64,000 bases of DNA from Octopus sinensis (GCF_006345805.1 NC_043007.1:11284001-11348000), one strand, 5' to 3'; shown: positions 26,363-38,616, counted from the stretch's first letter. Numbers and translations are program-made. Notes: generated by a model not told the origin, from the letters alone.

Positions 26363-26814
26363 CCTATTTCTTTACTACCCACAAGGGGCTAAACACAGAG
26401 AGGGTAAACAAGGACAGACAAACGGATTAAGTCGATTATATCAACCCCAGTGCATAACTGGTACTTATTTAATTGACTCCGAAAGGATGAAAGGCAAAGT
26501 CGACCTCAGCGGAATTTGAACTCAGAACGTAGCAGCAGACCAAATACCGCTAAGCATTTCGCCTGGCATGCTAATGCTTCTTATTTCTTTATTGCCCACA
26601 AGGGGCTAATCATAGAGGGGACAGACAAGGACAGACAATCGAATTAAGTCGATTATATCGACCCCAATGCCTAACTGGTACTTATTTAATCGACCCCGAA
26701 AGGATGAAAGGCAAAGTTGACCTCGGCAGAACTTGAACTCAGAACGTAGCGGCAGACGAAATACCGTTAAGCATTTTGCCCGGTGTGCTAACGTTTCTGC
26801 CAGCTCACCGCCTT
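26363..26814 (-). mobile_element. Two tandem family B1 SINEs
   Basis: Reverse-complement homologs. Confidence 0.85.
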
Positions 26815-27806
26815 CAATAGAATAAATGCCAGAATTAAAATAAGGTAATGGTGTTGACTTGTTTGACTAAACCCTTCATGTCGGTGCCCCAGTATGACCG
26901 TAGTCTAATGACTGAAGCAAGTAAAAGACAGAAGGTAAAAAAGACACCTTTGCAACAGTTTTTAAGCTAGGCTGTAGCATTCATTTAATCTTGAAGCTAA
27001 ACGCATTATAATCCACAAAGTTGTTACTTTTTAAAGACTGAAATAAAATAGTTTTTGCTTGAAATAATTGTAAACTGATGTTATGTATTGCCAACTTCAC
27101 AATGTCAACGACCAGCTCTTTTGAAATATAAACCAATTATTTTGAATTTCATAGGTTTCTTTTTTATTTTATTATATATATATTTTTAATTTGCTGTATT
27201 ACCTTTCAGCTAATTTACTGCTGTTAAAAGTAATTAACGTGATCTGCTTTGCTATACTAATTTACTCCATAACACCAACGTTAGCATTCTCCGGACAGTA
27301 TCTTAAGCTAACCATTTATTATTCCCTACTAAATATAGTTCCTGTAAAATGGCTGTTTAGAAAATTCTTCAATTTCTTCACTTTTTCATTTTGTTTTAAC
27401 CATTGTGGTTAAGGCAACATTTTGGTAATTATCTGGAATTCTGCTGAGATGTAAATTTGTTACTTGATTTAAGCGTGAAAACTGTCAATGAATAGTTTAA
27501 AGAAGTAATGACTGTAGCTATAATATAAAATAAACAGATTTCTTGCTGTCTGGAATAACCGGGTTTATTATTATTATTATTATTTTTTGTTAACATGTTA
27601 TAACAACCTTTCAATTATGCACTAGAAAAAACTTAAACATTTTGCCAAAAAGTTTATCAAGAGACGCAGGTAAGGAAGTGCAGTTAAGAAGGTTGCCTTG
27701 CAATCTTGTTGTTTTGGGTTTGATTCCATTGTGCAGTACCTTGGGCAAATATGTTCTGCTATCAACCCAGACAACCAATGCCTTATCAGTGGATTTGGTA
27801 TATATA

Positions 27807-28210
27807 GGCGTAGGAGTGGCTGTGTGGTAAGTAGCTTGCTAACCAACCACATAGTTCCGGGTTCAGTCCCACTGTGTGGCATCTTGGGCAAGTGTCTTCT
27901 GCTATAGCCCTGGGCCAACCAATGCCTTGTGAGTGGATTTGGTAGACGGAAACTGAAAGAAGCGTGTCGTGTATATGTATATATATATATGTATGTGTGT
28001 GTGTTTGTGTGTCTGTGTTTGTCCCCCTAGCATTGCTTGACAACCGATGCTGGTGTGTTTACATCCCCGTCACTTAGCAGTTCAGCAAAAAGAGACCGAT
28101 AGAATAAGTACTGGGCTTACAAAGAATAAGTCTCGGGGTTGATTTGCTCGACTAAAAGCGGTGCTCCAGCATGGCCGCAGTCAAATGACTGAAACAAGTA
28201 AAAGAGTAAA
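27807..28210 (+). mobile_element. SINE family A
   Basis: Full-length; an opposite-strand partial copy follows at about 28362-28602. Confidence 0.9.
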
Positions 28211-28213
28211 ACG

Positions 28214-28271
<58 letters not shown>

Positions 28272-29320
28272 CATCATCATTTAACGTCCATTTTCCATGC
28301 TGGTATGGGTTGAACGGTTTGACTGAGGTCTGGAGAGCCAGCAGCTGCACCAGGCTCCAAGCGATGTTGGGAGGACAAACACAGACACACAAACACAGAC
28401 ACACAAACACACACACACATATATACATATACATATATACGACGGGCTTCTTTCAGTTTCTGTCTGCCAAATCCTCTCACAAGGCTTTGGTCGGCCCGAG
28501 GCTATAGTAGAAGACACTTGCCCAAGGTGTCACGCAGTGGGACTGAACTCGGAACCATGTGTTTGGTAAGCAAGCTACTTACCACACAGCCACTCCTGCA
28601 CCTACCGCATTGTGTGGTTTTAATTGCCTTTTCTACAATAGGCACAAGGGTAAGGGAGTTAGCTGATTATATCAACCCCAGTACGTGACTGGTACTTATT
28701 TCATTGGTCCCCAAAAGGATGAAAAGCAAAATTGACCATGGTGGAATATGAACTCAGGATGTAAAGACTGATAAAATGCTGCTAAGTACTTTGCCTGCCA
28801 TGCTAACAATTCCACCATCTCACCACCACCACCACCATCATCATCATCATCGTTTAACATCCGTTTTCCATGCTAGCTTGGGTTGGACGCTTCCAGGCTC
28901 CAGTCTGATCTGGCAGTATTTCTACAGCTGGATGCCCTTCCTAACGCCAACCACTCTGTGAGTGTAGTGGGTGCTTTTTATGCGCCACTGGCACAGGTGC
29001 CAGGGGAGGCTGGCTGCGGTCACAATCGGTTGGTGCTTTTTACATGCCACCGGCACAGAAGCCAGTCAGGCGGTGCTGGCATTAGCTACATTCGGCATCT
29101 TTATAACAATAATGATATTAGTTTCAAATTTCTGCACAAGGCCAGCAATTTTAGGAGAGGGAGTAAGTCGATTACATTGATCCCAGTGCTCTACTGGCAC
29201 TCATTTTATGAACCCCGAAAAGATGAAAGCCAAAGTTGACCTTGGCAGAATGTAAACATTGAACAAAATTCTGCTAGGCATTTTGCCTGGCATTTTAACC
29301 ATTCTGCCTATTCACTGCCT

Positions 29321-29714
29321 TTATTCTTTTATTTGTTTCAGTCATTTGACTGTGGCCATGCTGGAGCACCGCCTTTAGTCGAGTAGATCGATCCCGGCTC
29401 TTATTCTTTGTAAGCTTAGTACTTATTCTATCGGTCTCTCTTGCCGAACCGCTAAGTGATGAAGACGTAAACACACCAGCATCGGTTGTCAAGCGATGCT
29501 GGGAGGACAAACACAGACACACAAACATATACATACACATATACATATATACGACGGGCTTCTTTCAGTTTCCGTCTACCAAATCCACTTGCAAGGCTTT
29601 GGTCGGCCCAAGGCTATAATAGAAGACACTTGCCCAAGGTGTCACACAGTGGGACTGAACCCGGAACCATGTGGTTGGTAAGCAAGCTACTTGCCACACA
29701 GCCACTCCTGCGCC
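29321..29714 (-). mobile_element. SINE family A
   Basis: Full-length homolog. Confidence 0.9.
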
Positions 29715-30015
29715 TATGCCTTGTGTAGTTTTAAAATTGGTTTCAAATTTTGGTACAAGGCTAGCAATTCCAAGGGAGGAAGCAAGTCGATTACATCAAC
29801 CCCGGTACTCAATTGGTACTTATTTTATTAACCTCCCAAATAGCTGAAAGGCAAAGCCAACCTCAGTAAAATTTGAACTCTGAATGTAAAGACAAATAAA
29901 ATGTCACCAAGCGTTTTGCCCAATGGGTTAACAACTCTGCCAGGACACCATTTTGTGCTACTTTGATACCAAAAATCGTTTAGCACTACAACGGTTTGAA
30001 AATGAAATCTCTGAC

Positions 30016-30472
30016 TCTCTTTATTCTTTACTCTTTTACTTGTTTCAGTCATTTGACTGTGGCCATGCTGGAGCACTGCCTTTAGTCGAGCAAATCGACC
30101 CCAGGACCTAATCTTTGTAAGCCTAGTACTTATTCTATTGGTCCCTTTTTGCCAAACTGCTAAGTTACGGGGTTGAGGGGCCTGAACACACCAGCATTGG
30201 TTGTCAAGCAATGTTGGGGAGGACAAATACAGACACACAAACATACACACGCATACACACACACACACACACACATACACACACACACACATGTATATAC
30301 ATATATATGCGACGGGCTTCTTTCAGTTTCCGTCTACCAAATCCACTCACAAGGCTTTGGTCTGCCCGAGGCTATAGTAGAAGACACTTGCCCAAGGTGC
30401 CACGCACTTGGACTGAACCCGGAGCCATGTGGTTGGTAAGCAAGCTACTTACCACACAGCCACTCCTATGCC
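30016..30472 (-). mobile_element. SINE family A
   Basis: Full-length, head-to-head with the interrupted copy at 30512. Confidence 0.9.
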
Positions 30473-31106
30473 TGTTCAGATATTCATATGGATACCATCA
30501 AAACTTCTACATAGGCGCAGGAGTGGCTGTGTGGTAAGTAGCTTGCTAACCTTCGATTTGTTCGGACGTGTTTTTTGGCTGCTCCAGTTGTCACGTGTTT
30601 TTACGTGAAATATTGAACTTTTGAGACTCGACTGCAGGTAGGTGTTTGATGTTTTTTTGGGAGCTTAGTGAAGTTTATTGCTTTGCATTTAATATTTTTT
30701 AGCAAGTAATAGACTCCACTTTGCTCCGGACATTTTCCTGCCTGTGGTCGAGTGTAAAGACTCACTTTGCAGTGAGAATTGTGTTTTTTGAGGAGGCGTA
30801 GCCCCTCCTCAAAAATTATTTGCTTTCGAGGAGATTACCAACGATAACCAAGGACTGTTTTCATTGGGATTTACCAGGAAGCACCAAAGACTGTTGAACG
30901 TTTGGCCAGGAGTACCTTTTCGGCCAAAATAATTAATTCCTTTGCTGAATTTGAACTCTTCTTCAAGCTATCGTTATTTTTAAAAAGAACTCTTTTGAAC
31001 TGTTATTTTATTGTAATTCTTCTCTTCTGTTGTGTTTTCTCTTCTCCCTCTTTCTATCTTATTTATTTTCTTACACTTTTGAACTTTTATTGGATTCCGT
31101 TTCGCA

Positions 31107-32030
31107 ATGGCAAAGGAATTTATCGTGTGGGACCTAACACCTCCCAAAAAATATTTAAAAGAGCTGGAAAGGAAGACCGTGGTGTTGAGGACATACTCGA
31201 AGTCGCTCAACACCATAGCAGTCTTCCCAAAGGCTACTATTTTAAACGAGCTGGCAGACTACATGCCAGCCGTTAAATATATCACTCGGGGAGTTAAATA
31301 TGCAACGGTTTGGTTGCTATTTGACTCCCCTAAAGCAGCTTGCGAATTTGCAAGCCAGCCTATCGAGGGCGAAGAGATATTGTTTCTCCCCAATTATATG
31401 GGAGAAAAACTGTTGAGAGCTTGGATCTGCGGCTTACCACCAGGCGTTGAGCCCGAGTGGATAGAGGACTCTATCTGCCGGGGCTTGGATGGTAGCAGTT
31501 ACAAGCTACTGAGCATAAAAGTGCAGTCTGTGGCTGATTGGGAGGGGTCAAAAGCTGTTTTGACCCTATGGACCCAGTCAGCCAAAAGTCTGGTTTTACC
31601 GGACTTTTTGAGGATGGCCGGGTACAGGTATCCGGTGATGCTTGAGGGACGCCCCCCCAAGTGTCACCTGTGCCTGGAGACCGGCCATATTAAGAAGAAC
31701 TGCCCCAAGAACCAAAGTAGGATCCTGGAGCAGTTGATGTTGGAGCCTCTCCCTGCACCCCCAATGGAGGGAGAGAAACAAAAAGAGGAAGCGGTGACTT
31801 CCTCCACAAGAAAAAGAAAAGTGGGGAGCAATGGTGACCCACCAAAAGAACCGGAAGCTGCGGGAGAAAAAGAGGACCCGGTGTGTACAACACCGGAACC
31901 TCAACCTCCCGAGGCCCAAGGTAAAAAGAAAAAGAAAAAGAGAAACGGGACGCCGCCGGCAGATTGTAACACGCAGACGGCGTCTCCCAAGTCTCCTCGG
32001 CGGGTGTGCCGCCGGAGAAACAATATGTAG
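31107..32030 (+). CDS. LINE ORF1p-like nucleic-acid-binding protein with CCHC zinc knuckle (307 aa)
   Basis: The only long, normally complex ORF in the window. Motif VMLEGRPPKCHLCLETGHIKKNCP (Cx2Cx4Hx4C) follows RRM-like segments and precedes a K/E/P-rich disordered tail, the layout of L1/Tx1 ORF1p. Confidence 0.85.
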   Translation: MAKEFIVWDLTPPKKYLKELERKTVVLRTYSKSLNTIAVFPKATILNELADYMPAVKYITRGVKYATVWLLFDSPKAACEFASQPIEGEEILFLPNYMGEKLLRAWICGLPPGVEPEWIEDSICRGLDGSSYKLLSIKVQSVADWEGSKAVLTLWTQSAKSLVLPDFLRMAGYRYPVMLEGRPPKCHLCLETGHIKKNCPKNQSRILEQLMLEPLPAPPMEGEKQKEEAVTSSTRKRKVGSNGDPPKEPEAAGEKEDPVCTTPEPQPPEAQGKKKKKKRNGTPPADCNTQTASPKSPRRVCRRRNNM

Positions 32031-32290
32031 TCCTCTTCTACAAAGGAGGAACATTAGAAAATGAAATACGTAAAATGAGAAAGAGAGGCCAATGGAAGGG
32101 ACTTCGGTCCTGCACAGAGGACCCCGGGTGGCCTTCGCAGCTGGCTGCGGAGGTCATACTCGATAACGATCTGTGCAGAATCGCGAATTCCTTCCCGGAG
32201 GACTCATTTCAATTTATACCTGTATATAAAGGCCTGACGAAGAACGATTGCCTTGGTGAAGCAAGAGGGCTGGTCGGCCGGGTAACGTAA
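32006..32290 (+). CDS. Possible frameshifted C-terminal continuation of ORF1, or small second ORF
   Basis: -1 frame relative to ORF1, open from 31970 to TAA at 32288-32290, protein-like composition (PPEKQYVVLFYKGG...GLVGRVT). Confidence 0.45.
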   Translation: MPPEKQYVVLFYKGGTLENEIRKMRKRGQWKGLRSCTEDPGWPSQLAAEVILDNDLCRIANSFPEDSFQFIPVYKGLTKNDCLGEARGLVGRVT

Positions 32291-34099
32291 ACCTATTGAA
32301 CATTTTTGTATTGAGAAAGAGGTTTATTGCCTCTTATAACATATGTAAAATTTTGGAATTTTTTGTAAAATCTTTGAAAAAAAAGAACAATGTCTTAGAG
32401 AAGCGGAAGTCGGCAGGCGCTTTCGTCTTCTTTCATCACCATCCTTGTCCATCACCATCATTCATTTATGTTTTTTGTCCAGCCCGCAGCTACTCTGTGT
32501 ACTGCCCTAGTGGCAAATTATATATGAAATAAAGTAGCTTGCTAACCAACCGCATGGTTCCGGGTTCTGTCCCACTGCATGACATCTTGGGCAAGTGTCT
32601 TCTGCTATAGCCCCGGGCTGACTAATGCCTTGTGAGTGGATTTGGTAGACGGAAACTGAAAGAAGCCTGTCGTATATATGTATATATATATATGTATGTG
32701 TGTGTGTGTTTGTCCCCCTAGCATTGCCAGACAACCGATGCTGGTGTGTTTACGTCCCCGTCACTTAGCGGTTCGGCAAAAGAGACCGAAAGAATAAGTA
32801 CTGGGCTTACAAAGAATAAGTTCCGGGGGTCGATTTGCTCGACTAAAAGCGGTGCTCCAGCATGGCCGCAGTCAAATGACTGAAACAAGTAAAAGAGAGT
32901 AAAAGTGAATATGGGCCAAAAGTTTTTGTATATGTATTCTCGTGTATAAGCAGTATATCATTTTACTTTTAATCAATGTAATTCTTCAACCTTTCATTGA
33001 TATTATGATTCATCAGTGTTTTGGTGTTAATTATGACAACAGAGGAAAACAAGAAGATTCCAGCCACTGACTAATGTTTTATTGCTCTTTCATGTAATAT
33101 CATAAGAATCAGGATGATTCAACTCTGTTTAGGATACATAATTATATATTCCATATCGATGATATATTGTAATATTGTTAATATTGTGCAGAAAATATTG
33201 ACTGAATTATGATGAACAGACCCAACCATCCCACTTCTAATATTATATCTTGTTGTATGAATTAATCATCAAAACATTGAATTTGAACTAATTTAGTTTT
33301 CCAAAAAAAAATTTTTTAAGCGTAAAAGCGTAAAATAGAGAAACAACATTACTATCATCCTTTGTTTTTTTTATCTTTTTCTTGTTTCAGTCATTGGGCT
33401 GCACCCATGCTGGGGCAATGTCTTGAAGGGTCTGGTTGAATAAATTGGCCCCAAAAATTTGTTTTTAAGTCCGGGGCTTATTCTATTGGTCGCTTTTGCT
33501 GAATTGCTAAGTCATGGGGATGTAAACAAACCAACATCAGTTGTCAAGCATTGATGGGGTGGGTACAAACACAAAGGCACATGCACACACATTTGATGGG
33601 TTTTTGCACAGTCTCCTTCTACAAGTTCACTCACAGGGCATTGATCAACCTAATGCTGTAAGTAGAAAATACTTGCTCAAGGTGGTGGGCCATGGGATAG
33701 AACCCAAAACCACTTGATTCACAAAATGAGCTTCTTAGATAAACAGCCATTCCTGCACTTGTAAAGTATTTATAATTTCTTCTTTTTTCTTTGCTATATA
33801 TCTTAGTGAGATGCCAGCGCCGCCTCGACTGGCTTCTGTGCCGGTGGCACGTAAAATGCACCAATCCGACCGTGGCCACTGCCAGCCTCGCCTGGCACCT
33901 GTGCAGGTGGCACGTAAAAAGCACTCACTACACTCACGGAGTGGTTGGCGTTAGGAAGGGCATCCAGCTGTAGAAACATTGCCAGATAAGACTGGAGCCT
34001 GGTGCAGCTTTCTGGCTTCCCAGATCCCCGGTCGAACCATCCAACCCATGCTAGCATGGAGAACGGACGTTAAACGATGATGATAATGATGATGATCTT

Positions 34100-34480
34100 A
34101 GTGAGATCCTTTATAGCTCATTGTCTTGTATGGCTGAGGCTCTGACTCAGCTCAAAGCATTGCTGGCTTGTTTTGCTCCTCCATACATTCCGCTGCTTCA
34201 GGTTCATGTAAGAACATCATTTTTCACCACTGATGAAAATACAGTAAAAAATCTTTGAGTTCACAAGTAGTTTGATAGAGAACAAGCAAACTAGTGACAA
34301 GAGAGAAGCACAGGAACTTGTCTCTTTCATCCGCAATGTGTGGGAACCATGCACCAAGATTTTGGACCTTACTGATCAAGTGAAGGTGTCAGGTGACAGG
34401 TGACAGTATCATGACAGCATTCCATCTGCGAGGCCAATTCCTCAATAGACTGACACGGATCCTCATTGATGTGTGTGGTA
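34100..34480 (-). pseudogene. Decayed mariner (DD34D-type) transposase fragment
   Basis: Minus-strand frames give HINEDPCQSIEELASQMECCHDTVTCHL, SKVQNLGAWFPH and ISGEK*CSYMNLKQRNVW, matching mariner HTH, W(V)PH and TGDEKW motifs. Confidence 0.75.
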
Positions 34481-34980
34481 TATGCAGGTTTGAAATAGAG
34501 GCACCTACCTTCTCTTTGTCGACATAGACCTCCTCAGCGGTAATGCACCCTTCCACGTGGCTTGACCCGAATGCTAGAAATAGCAGCTGCTTTTCCCCTA
34601 CCTTGACAAAGCACTCACATGTTCAGCTCTGTCCGCTACCCTGATCGCAAAGGCCCAATGATCCCCTGCCTGTGCACGTGTCACTCCTGCCCCTTCCTCT
34701 TCCGGTCAGCCCCAAGTTCGGTCAGCTCCCCAGCTGCTGACGTCATCCCACAATGAGTATATTCAATTGAGCTTCATTGAACTGAACAGTTCAGCCAGAA
34801 TGCAGAAAGGATCTGAGAGTTTGAATTTCCTCTCCTTGAAGTATGGAAACCTTTTCTATGTAGCTCTTTCATTAAAAGCACAAATATGTTGAATGGCTTT
34901 GACAGCTTTTGCAGTTTTGGAACTTTGGTTGAAGGCAAAGAGAAGCAGGTGTTGAAAATATTCATTTTTTTTCTCCTTAG

Positions 34981-35007
34981 AATTCAATCACATATCTCTG
35001 AAAACAG
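34981..35007 (+). CDS. Candidate micro-exon
   Basis: Strong TTTTTTTTCTCCTTAG acceptor, CAG|GTAAAA donor; IQSHISEN. Confidence 0.45.
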
Positions 35008-35515
35008 GTAAAATTTCTTCAAATTCCAAAAACAAAAAACAAAAGTTCTAGAGAACAGAGTTACAAAAAAAAAAAAACCCTCAAAAAACATTTTTCTTAT
35101 TATTTCAATTAATGATGGAAACAAACAAAAAGAATTTATCTCACAACACATAAGACATTTGCTTAAGACTTCCCAGTGAGATTGAATCCAAAAATCCTAT
35201 TGATTTGTAAAGTAATTTTTCTTAACCTTAACCACACAGCCACACTTGCACTCATAAATGAAGTATCTGTCATTGTTTCCAAAATTATTCATAATTCCAA
35301 CAGTTTTGTATATTAAATTACTTAAATGTTAAGCATTTTCATCTATTAAATCCAATTTCCTTCTTGTAATGTACTAATGTAAAAAAGATTGTCTCTACGA
35401 AATAAGAAATTTTGCTGACGCCAATAAATATTCCATCCAAATTCACTACATCCAATAGTAAAAAACAAAAAAAAAAAAGTGCTTAATAACATTTCTGTGT
35501 CTTTTCATCTCAAAG

Positions 35516-35670
35516 AGGAAGGATCAATGAAGATGGAAGCAACTGGAAAAATAACATTACCAAAAATTCTACACTGGCATTTTTACATCAATGCATAAAC
35601 CTTGCTTCATTTAACCATCTTTTCTTCAGATTCTTTTTAACCCTTTACCATTCAGATTACTCTGTTAAAC
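35516..35670 (+). CDS. Candidate coding exon
   Basis: GTCTTTTCATCTCAAAG acceptor, GTAATC donor; GRINEDGSNWKNNITKNSTLAFLHQCINLASFNHLFFRFFLTLYHSDYSVK; 3' boundary uncertain. Confidence 0.45.
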
Positions 35671-35997
35671 GTAATCCTTATTTATTCACATGGTTTTGAA
35701 TTAATCCTGCATTATCTCTTGGCGTCAAGATTTCAATGTTGCCATTATGTATTTTAGAATGACATTGCAGGGTTGGTAGGAAAAGTCTGATCTGGCACAT
35801 CTAAACATAAAACAGAATATTTTGGCCAGATATGGCTGGTTTACAGTGGGGCTGTGTTGTAGGAAGCTTGCTTCCGAACCACATGGTTCTGGGTTCAGTC
35901 CCACCAAGTGGCACCTTGGGCAAGTATCTTCTATTATAGCTTCAAGCCAACCAAAGCCTTGTGAGTGGATTTGGTAGGTAGAAACTGATAGAAGGGC

Positions 35998-36049
<52 letters not shown>

Positions 36050-36120
36050 ATGTATGTATGTATGTATGTATAAATATACACTTATATACATATGTATGTA
36101 TGTATGTATAAATATACACT

Positions 36121-36151
<31 letters not shown>

Positions 36152-36439
36152 AAATATACACTTATATATGTATGTATGTATGTATGTATACATATACACT
36201 TATATATATATATATATGTATGTATGTATAAATATACACTTATATATACATATATATATATGTATAAATATACACTTATATATACATACATATATATATG
36301 TATAGAAATACAATATGAGGCTTCCAAATAGGAAAGCCTTGTGCTAGAAAGAGCAGTAGAAAACTCAAACCATCAAATAAGGATAAATTCTCTAAAGGAA
36401 TGAAAATTAAAAACGTTTACCATCTCAATTATTTCCCAG

Positions 36440-36542
36440 ACCATGGTTTCTAACTATTTCCAGCAAAAAAGTATTCGCTAAGGCCAGTTTCATCAGTGGG
36501 ACAGCCTTTAGATTTCAAATATACACACAGCCAGATCCACAT
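36440..36542 (+). CDS. Candidate coding exon (phase 2-0)
   Basis: ATTATTTCCCAG acceptor, GTAAAA donor; PWFLTISSKKVFAKASFISGTAFRFQIYTQPDPH. Confidence 0.5.
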
Positions 36543-36592
36543 GTAAAACTAACTGCCTGAATATTCTATATATATATATACATGCATAAAAT

Positions 36593-36927
36593 GAAGGCAC
36601 ATGGCTCAGTGGTTAGAGCATCAAGCTTACAGTCATGACATAGTGAGTCTGATTCCCAGACTGGGCTTCGTGTTGTGTTCTTGAGCAAGATACTTCATTT
36701 CATGTTGCTCCGATTCACTCAGCTGTAGAAATGGGTTGTGATATCACTGGTGCCAAGTTGTATCAGCCTTTGCTTTTCCTTTGGATAACATCGGTGGCAC
36801 AGAGAGGGGAAGCTGGTGTGCACGGGTGATTTCTGGTCTTCTATAAACGACCTTACCCAGACTTGTGCTTCAGAGGGTAACTTTCTAGGTGCAATTCCAT
36901 GGTCATCCATGATCAAAGGAGGTCTCT
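36593..36927 (+). mobile_element. SINE family D with tail Z
   Basis: Homolog of 41543-41877. Confidence 0.85.
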
Positions 36928-36949
36928 AATCTTTATATATATATATGCA

Positions 36950-37240
36950 GGCGCAATGGCCCAGTGATTAGGGCAGCGGACTCGCGGTCGTAGGATCGCG
37001 GTTTCAATTCCCAGACCGGGCGTTTATTGAGCGAAAACACCTAAGAGCTCCACGACGCTCCGGCAGGGGGTGGTAATCCCTGCTGTACTCTTTCACCACT
37101 CTTTCTCTCACTCTTTTGTCTGTTGGCCTGCTCGCTTAGCCAATGGGGTGGCGTCATTCGAAGGCTAAAACAATGCGAACGCATTGTGACCAGCGATGTG
37201 TAACTACATCTGATGGACTGGTCGGTCACGTGATCACGTG
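36950..37240 (+). mobile_element. SINE family C head with tail X
   Basis: Homolog of 88-396. Confidence 0.85.
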
Positions 37241-37269
37241 ATATATATATATGTGTGTGTGTGTGTGTG

Positions 37270-37466
37270 GACCCGTGCAGTTGTCAAGTGGTACCCGCGT
37301 GAGTGGAAAAGACCACCCGGAAGGCCTCCACGACGGTGGAGTTACGATTTCAGGAGGACGATTGGGATCACATGGATGGGAAAGGCGTGAGCCAGAGAGG
37401 AGTGGACAGCATGCTGTGACCAGCAGTGTTAAATGGACACCCAACGGACTGGTCGGTCATGGTGAT
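37270..37466 (+). mobile_element. RTE-clade LINE 3' end fragment
   Basis: Frame reads RAVVKWYPREWKRPPGRPPRRWSYDFRRTIGITWMGKA*AREEWTACCDQQC*, the typical RTE terminus; tail ...GACTGGTCGGTCATGGTGAT. Confidence 0.8.
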
Positions 37467-37732
37467 CAAGGTGATATATATATATATATATGTATATATA
37501 TTATTATAATGGACTGTCATGCTGTTTTCAACTACCAAATCCATTCAAAGATCTTGGGTCATATCAGCACTACAATAGAAAACACTTGTCCAAGGTACCA
37601 CACAGTGGGACTGAACCCAAAACCATATGGTTGCAAAGCATTATTCTTAACCACACATCCATGCCTGCACTTCTGATAAAGTATTTCAAAGTATTTCTAA
37701 AATGTTATCTTACAATAAAATGAATACACTTG

Positions 37733-37782
<50 letters not shown>

Positions 37783-38193
37783 TATATTGGAAATTGTTCA
37801 AAATTAGCAGGAACTTAATTTATTTATAATTACAAATTATGCAAATCTGATGTGTTTTTTAATCAAATCAAATAAAATAAATAACGTAAAATTAAAGTAA
37901 AATTGTATTTTCACATCGCAATATGTTTTCTTTGATAAGGCATTAATATCTCATAACCACATAACTATTTCCTTTCCTCTTTCCATATGTAGATTTTGGA
38001 CTTTGTGATTTAGTAAGAAAATTATTATATTATTATATTAACTAATATATGAATATATAATTGATAAATATGATTAATATATAGTTGTATTAATATAATC
38101 GATATATATATGTATGTATATATGTGTGTGTGTGTGTGTATTTGTGTATGTGTGTTTCTATATAATTGTCTTTCTCTCACTCTCTCTCTCTAA

Positions 38194-38237
<44 letters not shown>

Positions 38238-38246
38238 GTAAGTATG

Positions 38247-38277
<31 letters not shown>

Positions 38278-38331
38278 GAAATATAAAGATTACTATCCTG
38301 TATTAAAACCACTTCCATCACTAATATTTTT

Positions 38332-38362
<31 letters not shown>

Positions 38363-38435
38363 CTGTATGTATGTATGTATGTGTGTGTGTATGTATGTAT
38401 GTGTATGTATGTTTATGTGTATGTGTGTATGTATA

Positions 38436-38466
<31 letters not shown>

Positions 38467-38616
38467 ATGTATGTATATCTAAACGTCTAAGATGACTCAT
38501 TATGAATATGATTTTCTTAGACTATTAATCTTATTCTTAGAAATATTAATCTCATCAAAGATAAAAACTTAACTTTAGAAAATGCAACACTGAAATCTGT
38601 AATTTGGTTCAGATAG

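Larger units (their letters stand above)
30552..32531 (+). mobile_element. ORF1-only non-LTR retro-element (HAL1/half-L1-like, L1/Tx1-derived), 1980 bp, inserted in a family A SINE
   Basis: Exact 16-bp TSD AAGTAGCTTGCTAACC at 30536-30551 and 32532-32547; removing the insert rebuilds an intact SINE A (30512-30551 + 32548-32905). About 555-bp 5'UTR, one long ORF, short T-rich 3' region ending GAAATA. No APE or RT coding capacity. Confidence 0.85.
30512..32905 (+). mobile_element. SINE family A split by the ORF1-only element
   Basis: Head 30512-30551, remainder 32532-32905, TSD shared. Confidence 0.9.

Noticed and set aside
30902-32064. ORFs 30902-31276, 30980-31216, 31596-32054, 31690-31893, 31831-32064
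   Set aside because: Alternative-frame or antisense shadows of the ORF1 element with no motifs.
34113-34410. Plus-strand exon-like frames
   Set aside because: Explained by the mariner transposase remnant on the minus strand.
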